Part shown: piece by piece, positions 42,458 to 50,257 of the stretch | Position numbering within the stretch: position 1 is the first letter of the stretch | How the letters are laid out: every line of letters begins with the position of its first letter | Assembly: GCA_964554185.1 (NCBI GenBank) | Contig: CAZKNJ010000004.1 | Span: 3,699-67,698, forward strand | Direction of reading: 5' to 3' | DNA length: 64,000 bases | Source of the DNA: an uncultured Planctomycetales bacterium | GTDB lineage: Bacteria > 4484-113 | The notes under the pieces: model-generated | Databases searched by the model: none | Seen by the model: only the letters and a program-made list of their open reading frames with translations | What the model was told of the DNA's origin: nothing | Translations under genes and position numbers: made by a program

Positions 42458-43288
42458 ATGGATCCTGAACAGGCACTGACTCCGCAAACCCGCAATGGCG
42501 AGATGGACGGACTCATCTCGCTGCTGGAGCGCATCCAGGCCAGGTACAACTACCTGCCGGAGGAGGCTCTGCGCGAAGTATCCGAGACCACCGGCCGCTC
42601 CCTCGTGGACATCTACGGCGTGGCAACCTTCTATAGGGCGTTCAGCCTGAAGCCGCGCGGCAAACACCTCGTGTCCGTCTGTCTGGGCACGGCGTGCCAT
42701 GTGCGCGGCGGCCCGGCGATTGCCGAGGAATTTGAGCGCCGGCTGGGGATACGGGCTGGCGAAACCACCGACGACCGCGAATTCACGCTGGAAACGGTGA
42801 ACTGCCTGGGAGCCTGCGCACTCGGGCCGGTTGCGGTGGTCAACGGCAAGTACTTCTCGAAGGTGCGCAGGTCGGAAGTCAAGGAGATCATCCGGCAAGT
42901 CCTATCGGGCGCGGAAGAGATTGATCTTGCCACCGACCAGCGTGTCATTCCAGTGGAAGTTAACTGCCCCCGCTGCAACCACAGCCTAATGGACTCCAGC
43001 CACCTCGTTGACGGCCTGCCGTCCATCCGGGTCAGCATCACTTTCGGGCGGGTTCACGGGTGGATGTGTTTGTCCGCGCTCTATGGAAGCTACAACGTCG
43101 TGTCGGAGTACCCGTTGCCGGCGAATGCGGTTATTCACTTCTTCTGCCCCCATTGCCACGAGGAGCTGTCGGGGCCGGTCGAATGCCCGGAGTGCGGCGC
43201 GCCGATGGTGCGGATGATTGTCCGCGGGGGCGGCGTCTTACAGGTATGTTCGCGTAAGGACTGCAAGGCCCACACGCTCGACATTTGA
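42458..43288 (+). CDS. NuoE/HoxE-like thioredoxin-fold [2Fe-2S] protein with C-terminal zinc-ribbon-like extension
   Basis: CLGTACHVRG...CLGACALGP (2Fe-2S ligands of the 24 kDa subunit family); extra ~120 aa with CPRC..x..FFCPHCHEEL..CPECGAPM. Confidence 0.75.
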   Translation: MDPEQALTPQTRNGEMDGLISLLERIQARYNYLPEEALREVSETTGRSLVDIYGVATFYRAFSLKPRGKHLVSVCLGTACHVRGGPAIAEEFERRLGIRAGETTDDREFTLETVNCLGACALGPVAVVNGKYFSKVRRSEVKEIIRQVLSGAEEIDLATDQRVIPVEVNCPRCNHSLMDSSHLVDGLPSIRVSITFGRVHGWMCLSALYGSYNVVSEYPLPANAVIHFFCPHCHEELSGPVECPECGAPMVRMIVRGGGVLQVCSRKDCKAHTLDI

Positions 43289-43338
43289 CCGTGAACGATG
43301 CTGACCGGATGCTTGACTAACTACTGAGGGAACACTGG

Positions 43339-46300
43339 ATGCAACGAGTCTCAACACTTGCTGATTTCTCGAACCTCCGGCGGATGATTCTCGGAGAACC
43401 ACAGAAGGATATGCCATGTCTCGTCGTATGCGCGGGCACTGGTGGCCAGGCCAGCGGCTCCAACGACATCATCCGTATCATCAAGCGCCAGATCATTGAG
43501 AAGAGCTACCAGGAGCGCATGTCGCTGCGCATCACCGGCTGCCAGGGCTTCTGCGAGATGGACCCGTTCATTCTCGTGGAGCCGGCGCTCAACCTCTACC
43601 CGCTCTTGAAAATGGAGGATGTGCCGCGCGTGATTGACGCAGTGGCGCAGGGGCGCGTGCTGGAGGATCTGCTTTACAAGGGGACTGGCGAGCGGAAATG
43701 CTACCACTGCCAGAACGACATTCCCTTCTTTAAGAAGCAGACGCGCACCATCCTGGGGAAGAACGAGCAAATCGATCCTATCCGCCTGTACGACTACATC
43801 CGGTGCAATGGCTACGCTGCGCTGGAGAAAGTGCTGGAAGACCCCAAGCCGGGGTGGGTCATTGAGGAAGTGAAGCGCTCCGGCCTGCGCGGCCGCGGTG
43901 GCGCCGGATTCCCTACTGGAAAGAAGTGGGAGTTGGCGCGGGCTTCCGGCAACGGCGCGGGCCAGAAATACGTGGTCTGCAACGCGGACGAAGGTGACCC
44001 CGGCGCCTATATGGACCGCAGCCTGCTTGAAGGCAATCCGCACGCCATCATTGAGGGAATGCTCATCGCCGGCATCGCCATCGGCGCGACCAAGGGTTTC
44101 ATCTACGTGCGCAGCGAGTATCCATTAGCCATTAAGCACACGCTCATTGCGTTGCAGCAGGCCGGCGAGATGGGGCTGCTGGGCAAGAACATACTGGGCA
44201 CTGGCATCGATTTCGACATTGAGATCGTGCGCGGCGCCGGCGCGTTTGTCTGCGGAGAGGAAACCGCGCTCATAAGGTCAATTGAAGGACTCATGGGTGA
44301 GCCGCGCCAGCGCCCGCCTTACCCAATAGTGAAGGGCATCTGGGGCCATCCCACCTGCATCAATAACGTTGAGACCCTGGCGAATGTGCCGGTAATAATC
44401 CGTGACGGCGCGGACGAGTACGCCAAAGTCGGCGTGCCGGGCAACACCGGAACCAAGATATTCAGCCTGGTCGGCAAGATACGCAACACCGGCCTGGTGG
44501 AAGTCCCGATGGGAATCACCATCGGCGAAATCGTCTACGACATCGGCGGCGGCCCCGTGGGCGAGGCCAAGATCAAGGCGGTGCAGACCGGCGGGCCCTC
44601 CGGCGGCTGCATCCCCGCGAGCATGTTTGACCTGCCCATTGACTACGACAGCCTGACCAAAGCGGGCTCCATTATGGGCAGCGGCGGCATGATCGTGATG
44701 GACGAGAACACCTGCATGGTGGATGTCGCCAAGTACTTCATGGGCTTCCTGAAAGACGAGTCCTGCGGCAAGTGCTTCACCTGCCGCAAGGGCACGCAGC
44801 GGATGTGGGAGCTGCTGGACGACATCACCAAGGGGCGCGGCACGCTCGCCCACCTAGACTTGCTGGAGGAACTGGCGCTGGTGGTGAAGGACACCACCAT
44901 GTGCGGCCTGGGGCAGTCGGCGCCCAATCCCGTGCTCAGCACTCTCAAGTATTTCCGCGAGGAGTACGAAGAACATATTCTGGAGAAGCGCTGCCGCGCC
45001 TTCGTCTGCAAGGAGCTGGTGGGTGCGCCCTGCCAGACCGCCTGCCCGCTGGGCACCGAGGCCTGGCGCTATGTGGCGCACATCGCCCGGGGCGAATACG
45101 AGGACGCGTACACGGTTATCCGCGAAGCCAACCCCTTCCCCTCGGTGTGCGCCCGCGTGTGCAGCCACCCGTGCGAGAGCCACTGCCGCAGCGGCGTCGT
45201 GGGCACGCGCCCAATCGCCATCCGCGCGCTGAAGCGCTTCATCACCGACCGCATTGACCCGTCGGTGTACACGCCGAAGCGTGACCAGGCCAAGCGCCCG
45301 GAGCGTGTGGCCGTGGTCGGCTCCGGCCCGGCCGGAATGGCAGCCGCGCATTACCTTTCGCTCAAGGGCTATCCGGTGACCGTGTTTGAGGCGCTGCCGG
45401 AGCCGGGCGGGATGCTCATCAGCGGTATCCCCTCCTACCGGCTGCCGCGCGAAACTCTGCGCAAAGAAATCGCCTCGCTAGTGGACGAAAATGTGGCGGT
45501 TGAATGCGGCAAGGCGCTGGGCAAGGACTTCACAGTGGATGGCTTGTTCGGCGACGGCTATAAGGCGGTATTCCTGGCGATGGGCGCCCACAAGAGCCGC
45601 AAGCTCAATGTCGCGGGCGAAGACCTCAAGGGCGTCCATCCGGCGATTGAGTTCCTGAAAGCGTGGAACCTCCGCAGCGAGCAGCTTGCCACCGGCCACG
45701 TGGGCGTCATCGGCGGCGGGGACTCGGCGGTGGATGCTGCGCGCGTCGCGCTGCGCCAGCCCGGCGTGAAGAGCGTGACCATCTTCTACCGGCGCACGCG
45801 CAACGAGATGCCTGCGCTGGCGGAGGAAGTTGATGCGGCGCTGGACGAGGGCATTAAGCTGGAGGCGCTGGTCTCGCCGCTGAAGATACATGCGGAGATT
45901 GAAGAAGGCGTGCCCGGCGAGGAGCTGGAGACGCCGCTGAAGATGACCTCCAAGGAGGCCCGCGTCACCGGTGTGGACTTCATCCGCAACGAGCTGGGCG
46001 CGGTGGACGCCAGCGGCCGGCGCAATCCAGTGCCGCTCAAGGGCAGCGAGTTCACCGCCAAACTGGACACTCTTATCGTCACCATCGGCGACGTTCCCGA
46101 TATTGATTACGTGGCGGACATGGGCCTGGCCGTCAGCAAATGGGGCACTCTCGTCTGCGACGAAGACACTCTGCTGACTAGCCGCGAAGGCGTTTTCGCT
46201 GGCGGCGATGTCGTCACCGGTCCAAACACTGTGGTGGAAGCGATTGCAGCCGGCAAGAAAGCCGCCGTGATGATCCACCGCTTCCTGCGCAGCGAGCCGC

Positions 46301-46575
46301 TGAAGCAGCCCGCACAGGTGAAGCTGCCTGAGGTGCTGGTGGAGCCCGTGATGCTGGACGAGGAGGAGCTGGAGACCGCCGAGCGGGTGGAACCGCCGCG
46401 CATCGCGCCGGAACGCCGCGCGGCCGGCTTTGACGAGGTTGAGCTCACGCTCACGGTGGAGGACGCAACGCGCGAAGCCCGTCGCTGCTTGCGCTGCGAC
46501 CTGGAGTTCACCCAGCGGCGGTACGACGATGATGAGCTGGAAGCTCCCATCCCCGTGGAGAAGGTGGCCCGCTGA
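43339..46575 (+). CDS. NuoF-like NAD(P)H-binding FMN/4Fe-4S flavoprotein with N-terminal NuoE-like domain and C-terminal GltD-like FAD/NAD(P)-binding domain (triple fusion)
   Basis: N-term Cys pairs (PCLVVCAG, GCQGFCEM); NuoF core (GRGGAGFPTGKKW, VCGEETALIRSIEG, ESCGKCFTCRKGT); 2x Cys clusters (CQTACPLG.., CARVCSHPCESHC); Rossmann VAVVGSGPAGMAAAHYL and second GVIGGGDSAVD. Confidence 0.8.
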   Translation: MQRVSTLADFSNLRRMILGEPQKDMPCLVVCAGTGGQASGSNDIIRIIKRQIIEKSYQERMSLRITGCQGFCEMDPFILVEPALNLYPLLKMEDVPRVIDAVAQGRVLEDLLYKGTGERKCYHCQNDIPFFKKQTRTILGKNEQIDPIRLYDYIRCNGYAALEKVLEDPKPGWVIEEVKRSGLRGRGGAGFPTGKKWELARASGNGAGQKYVVCNADEGDPGAYMDRSLLEGNPHAIIEGMLIAGIAIGATKGFIYVRSEYPLAIKHTLIALQQAGEMGLLGKNILGTGIDFDIEIVRGAGAFVCGEETALIRSIEGLMGEPRQRPPYPIVKGIWGHPTCINNVETLANVPVIIRDGADEYAKVGVPGNTGTKIFSLVGKIRNTGLVEVPMGITIGEIVYDIGGGPVGEAKIKAVQTGGPSGGCIPASMFDLPIDYDSLTKAGSIMGSGGMIVMDENTCMVDVAKYFMGFLKDESCGKCFTCRKGTQRMWELLDDITKGRGTLAHLDLLEELALVVKDTTMCGLGQSAPNPVLSTLKYFREEYEEHILEKRCRAFVCKELVGAPCQTACPLGTEAWRYVAHIARGEYEDAYTVIREANPFPSVCARVCSHPCESHCRSGVVGTRPIAIRALKRFITDRIDPSVYTPKRDQAKRPERVAVVGSGPAGMAAAHYLSLKGYPVTVFEALPEPGGMLISGIPSYRLPRETLRKEIASLVDENVAVECGKALGKDFTVDGLFGDGYKAVFLAMGAHKSRKLNVAGEDLKGVHPAIEFLKAWNLRSEQLATGHVGVIGGGDSAVDAARVALRQPGVKSVTIFYRRTRNEMPALAEEVDAALDEGIKLEALVSPLKIHAEIEEGVPGEELETPLKMTSKEARVTGVDFIRNELGAVDASGRRNPVPLKGSEFTAKLDTLIVTIGDVPDIDYVADMGLAVSKWGTLVCDEDTLLTSREGVFAGGDVVTGPNTVVEAIAAGKKAAVMIHRFLRSEPLKQPAQVKLPEVLVEPVMLDEEELETAERVEPPRIAPERRAAGFDEVELTLTVEDATREARRCLRCDLEFTQRRYDDDELEAPIPVEKVAR

Positions 46576-47252
46576 TGATCACACTCACGATAAACGGACT
46601 GGAAGTGCAGGTGGAAGAGGGCACCACGCTCCTGGAGGCGGCGCAGTTCCTTGGCTTCCCCATTCCGACGCTGTGCCACATGGAAGGGCTGTCGCCCTAC
46701 GGGGCCTGCCGCCTGTGCGTGGTGGAAATCGGCCGGGAGCCAAACACCAGGCTCGTTTCCTCATGCACTTACCCCGCCGAAGAAGGCTTGAATGTGCGAA
46801 CCGCCACGAGCCGCGTAGTGCGTGCGCGCAAGATGGTGCTGGAGCTGTTGCTCGCCACCTGCCCGCAGTCCAAGGTAATCCAGGACCTCGCCGCGGCGCA
46901 CGAGATTCGCCAGCAGCGGTTCCGCCAGGAGCACGAGGACTGCATTATGTGCGGGCTGTGCGTGCGGATGTGCGAGGAGCAGATGATGGCCAAGGCCATC
47001 GGCTTCCGCGGGCGCGGCGAGAAACGCACGCTGGGCACGCCCTTTGATATCCGCAGCGAGGAATGCCGGCTCTGCGGCGGCTGCATGTATGTCTGCCCCG
47101 CCTGCCAGCTGCGCTGCACCTACAACGAGCCGGAGAAGGCCATCTGCGGCGGCTGCGCCAACCTCAGCCCGCCGTGCCTGGAGAAAGACGAATTCGACGA
47201 CATGATGTGCTACATGCAACCCTGTGTCGCCTGTGAAATAAAGAAGGAATGA
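46575..47252 (+). CDS. NuoG-N-terminal-like ferredoxin (2Fe-2S + 4Fe-4S clusters), no catalytic domain
   Basis: LTINGLEVQVEEGTTLLEAA...CRLCVVEI (2Fe-2S fold as in HydA/NuoG N-termini); CIMCGLCVRMCEE and CRLCGGCMYVCPAC. Confidence 0.7.
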   Translation: MITLTINGLEVQVEEGTTLLEAAQFLGFPIPTLCHMEGLSPYGACRLCVVEIGREPNTRLVSSCTYPAEEGLNVRTATSRVVRARKMVLELLLATCPQSKVIQDLAAAHEIRQQRFRQEHEDCIMCGLCVRMCEEQMMAKAIGFRGRGEKRTLGTPFDIRSEECRLCGGCMYVCPACQLRCTYNEPEKAICGGCANLSPPCLEKDEFDDMMCYMQPCVACEIKKE

Positions 47253-47270
47253 GAAACCTACAAGGAGACC

Positions 47271-48959
47271 ATGATGTGGACGACCTTTTCCAGAGTTAAC
47301 TCTTCGGCTGCAACCCTGACCAAGAACCGCACCGAGGGCTCGGTCACGCCGAGTTCCGGCATGTGCGTAACTTGCGTGGATGGCTGCATCGGTATGTGCG
47401 AAATCGGCAAGTCCGCCTACCGAGGGCACGAGGTCATCTACCCGCAGCCGTTCGGCGTGATAACGACCGCCGCGGAAAAAACCTACCCGGTGGACTACTC
47501 CCATTTCAACATCATGGGCACCGCCGTCGGGGCGCACGGCATTGAGGCCGATTCGGACAAGGCCGTGTTCCCGGCGGTGGACCTCACCGTAACCTTCGGC
47601 CACGACAACGGGCTGAAGTTCAAGCTGCCCATAATGATCCCCGGCATCGGCTCCACCAACATCGCCAAGAACAACTGGGAGGGCCTGGCCATCGGCACCG
47701 CGCTGGCGGGCACCGGCCTGACCATCGGCGAGAACGTGGTGGGCATGGATCCCGAATCGACCATCAAGAACGGCCGGGTGGTGGATACGGTGGACCTCAA
47801 GCGCCGGGTGAAGCTGTTTACCGACCACCAGCGCGACGGCTGGGGCGCCATCATCGTCCAGTCCAACATCGAGGACACGCGGCTGGGGGTGCAGGAGTAC
47901 GCCATCGGCGAGCTGGGCGTGGAATGTGTGGAGCTTAAGTGGGGGCAGGGCGCCAAGGACATCGGCGGCGAGGTCAAGATCCGCGAGCTGAAGAAGGCCC
48001 AGCTGCTCTACGAGCGCGGCTATGTAGTGCTGCCAAACCCGACCGACCCCAATGTGATAAAGGCCTTTGAGCGCGGCGCGTTCAAGGAGTTTGAGCGCCA
48101 CTCGCGCGTGGGCATGGTCACGGAAGAGGGCTTCGCCCAGCGGGTGGACGAGCTGCGCAAAGCCGGCGCCAAGTACATCTTCCTCAAGACCGGCGCCTAC
48201 CGGCCGGCCGACCTCGCGCGCGCGGTGAAGTACGCGTCCAAGTACCGCCTTGACCTGCTCACCGTGGACGGCGCGGGCGGCGGCACCGGCATGAGCCCCT
48301 GGCGCATGATGAACGAGTGGGGCGTCCCGCCGGTGGAACTGCACTCGCTGCTCTACGAATACTGCAAGGAGCTGCACGACCGCGGCGAGCACGTTCCCGC
48401 CGTCACCGTCGCCGGCGGCTTCACCTTTGAGGACCAGATGTTCAAAGGCCTGGCGCTGTGCGCGCCGTTCGCCAAGCTAATCGGCATGGCGCGCAGCCCC
48501 ATCGCCGCCGCGATGGTAGGCAAGACCATCGGCCGCACGATTGACCAGAACCAGGTGCCGGTGTACGTTGAGCGGTTCGGCAACACGAAGGACGAGATAT
48601 TCGTCACCGCGGCCGACCTGCGCCACGAGCTGGGCGACGACGAGTTTGAGCGCATCCCGACCGGCGCGCTGGGCCTCTACACCTACTACGAGCGGCTCGC
48701 GCAGGGCCTGCGCCAGTTGATGGCGGGCAACCGCAAGTTCGCCCTGAAGTACATTGAGCGCGACGACATCGCGGCGCTGACGCACGAGGCGGCCGACATC
48801 AGCGGTATCACCTACATCATGGACGTGGACAAGGCCGAGGCAGCGAAGATACTCGGCGCCAACGGCAAGGGCTCAAAGAAGGCTGCGGCGTCGGCGAAGC
48901 CCGCCGCCAAGAACGACGGCAAGCGCACACCGGCTTCCAAGTCCGGCGCGAAGAAGTAA
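47271..48959 (+). CDS. archaeal-type GltB: glutamate synthase FMN-binding (domain 2) family protein with N-terminal Cys cluster
   Basis: CVTCVDGCIGMCEIG N-terminal cluster; TIM-barrel FMN domain signatures incl. DGAGGGTGMSPW (cf. GGTGASP of GltS); C-terminal Lys/Ala-rich tail. Confidence 0.65.
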   Translation: MMWTTFSRVNSSAATLTKNRTEGSVTPSSGMCVTCVDGCIGMCEIGKSAYRGHEVIYPQPFGVITTAAEKTYPVDYSHFNIMGTAVGAHGIEADSDKAVFPAVDLTVTFGHDNGLKFKLPIMIPGIGSTNIAKNNWEGLAIGTALAGTGLTIGENVVGMDPESTIKNGRVVDTVDLKRRVKLFTDHQRDGWGAIIVQSNIEDTRLGVQEYAIGELGVECVELKWGQGAKDIGGEVKIRELKKAQLLYERGYVVLPNPTDPNVIKAFERGAFKEFERHSRVGMVTEEGFAQRVDELRKAGAKYIFLKTGAYRPADLARAVKYASKYRLDLLTVDGAGGGTGMSPWRMMNEWGVPPVELHSLLYEYCKELHDRGEHVPAVTVAGGFTFEDQMFKGLALCAPFAKLIGMARSPIAAAMVGKTIGRTIDQNQVPVYVERFGNTKDEIFVTAADLRHELGDDEFERIPTGALGLYTYYERLAQGLRQLMAGNRKFALKYIERDDIAALTHEAADISGITYIMDVDKAEAAKILGANGKGSKKAAASAKPAAKNDGKRTPASKSGAKK

Positions 48960-48975
48960 CGATCAACCCTCTCGC

Positions 48976-49066
48976 TGCGCCCGCCGGGGCACCAGGCTTC
49001 GGTGGGCGCTGCGGGCGTTTTCCCTTATTCCCTGCAATCACGGGCTCCTGCGAAGGAGCCCGTTTG
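48976..49066 (+). terminator. tandem rho-independent terminator hairpins after the GltB-like gene
   Basis: cgcccgc...gcgggcgTTTTccc (48976-49024) and gggctcct-gcga-aggagccc-gTTTg (49042-49066). Confidence 0.45.
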
Positions 49067-49100
49067 CCCGACCGGGCGAGCAAGGGTCTGGCGACTCCGC

Positions 49101-49475
49101 CTATCCCAGCGCTTTTTTCAGCGCATCCAGCATCTTGGCGGGGTCGACAAGCTTCACCTTTTTCGCGGCGGTCCCAAGCAGCTTCTTGGCGTCCTCGTGC
49201 AGCTCTTTGGGAACCGCCAACAGTACCGGTACGTTGTAGTTGAAGCAGCTCTGCAGGATGTCCTCGGTGCTGGCCTCCCAGCGCGGCGGCGCCACTACTT
49301 TGTGCAGGTAGCCGATAACCGCATGCACTTTGTCCTTGCCGCTGAAGAGGCGCACGTTCTTGCCGTGGCCGTCGTAGCCGTTGCTCACCGGCAGCGTGTC
49401 ATGCCCCCGGGCTACGAGGCTGGTGAGCCACACCGGGTCTGTCCCTTCGAAGTAACCGACTACTTTACGATTCAT
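49101..49475 (-). CDS. hypothetical protein
   Basis: Start at ATG 49475 (MNRKVVGYFEG..), 124 aa; no family recognised. Confidence 0.4.
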   Translation of the reverse strand: MNRKVVGYFEGTDPVWLTSLVARGHDTLPVSNGYDGHGKNVRLFSGKDKVHAVIGYLHKVVAPPRWEASTEDILQSCFNYNVPVLLAVPKELHEDAKKLLGTAAKKVKLVDPAKMLDALKKALG

Positions 49476-49692
49476 CTTGTCCTCCTCTTTCTGCCGCGCC
49501 GGGCGCGTCATTTCCGCCGGGCGCTAGGCGTTTGCCTGCTATTCTAGCATATGGGGCGGCCGCGCTGTAAGGAAAACACTTACAGGGCAGGCTTACACAC
49601 TGAAGCAATCGGGCTTCCTGGCGAGACGGGCGGGCTAGGCAGCGCTGGCGGGAAAGGCTCCCTCGGGTATAATAGCGTAGAGGTGAAATACG

Positions 49693-49905
49693 GTGCCCAA
49701 ACAGCGCAAAGTTGAAATCGTGCTCCGGGACGGCAAGCCCTCCGCCGTCATCCTGGACATCGCGGAATACGAGAGGCTGCTGGAGAGAGCCGAGGATTTG
49801 TACGACCTCAAGATGCTGGCGGAAATGAGAAAGAGCGCGCTGAGATTCCGCACACTGGAGGACTTCCTGCAGGAGCACGAATCCGGTGTATCAAGTTCTG
49901 CTTGA
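49693..49905 (+). CDS. Phd/YefM-family antitoxin
   Basis: GTG start after RBS AGGTGA and TATAAT (49666-49671); KVEIVLRDGKPSAVILDIAEYERLLERAEDLYDLK typical of Phd/YefM. Confidence 0.65.
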   Translation: MPKQRKVEIVLRDGKPSAVILDIAEYERLLERAEDLYDLKMLAEMRKSALRFRTLEDFLQEHESGVSSSA

Positions 49906-50140
49906 ACGGGCTGCCGAAAAGGACCTGAAACGGCTGCCGCCAGCCGACTTCAACCGCGTCATCACCGCAATCAAGGCTCTCGCAAGCGTTCCCCGCCCAA
50001 CCGGTACTCGCAAACTGAAGGGCTCCAAAGGTGATTATCGCTTGCGTGTTGGGGACCTGCGGGTGATATACGAGGTTGACGATCGCGAGCGCGCCGTCCG
50101 TGTGATGCGCGTACGTCCTCGGGACGAAGCCTACAAGTAA
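49886..50140 (+). CDS. RelE/ParE-family toxin
   Basis: 84 aa, overlaps antitoxin by 20 nt; LKGSKGDYRLRVGDLRVIYEVDDRERAVRVMRVRPR matches RelE/ParE C-terminal pattern. Confidence 0.65.
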   Translation: MYQVLLERAAEKDLKRLPPADFNRVITAIKALASVPRPTGTRKLKGSKGDYRLRVGDLRVIYEVDDRERAVRVMRVRPRDEAYK

Positions 50141-50257
50141 TCCAGCTGGCTCGTAATAAAAGAGCCTCCGGGCGGGAAAGGCGCTGCACACCGGCGGATG
50201 CCGGAAACCCCCTCGGCCGCGCCTCCCGCCCGGAAGCGGAGGACGTGAAAAAGCGAT

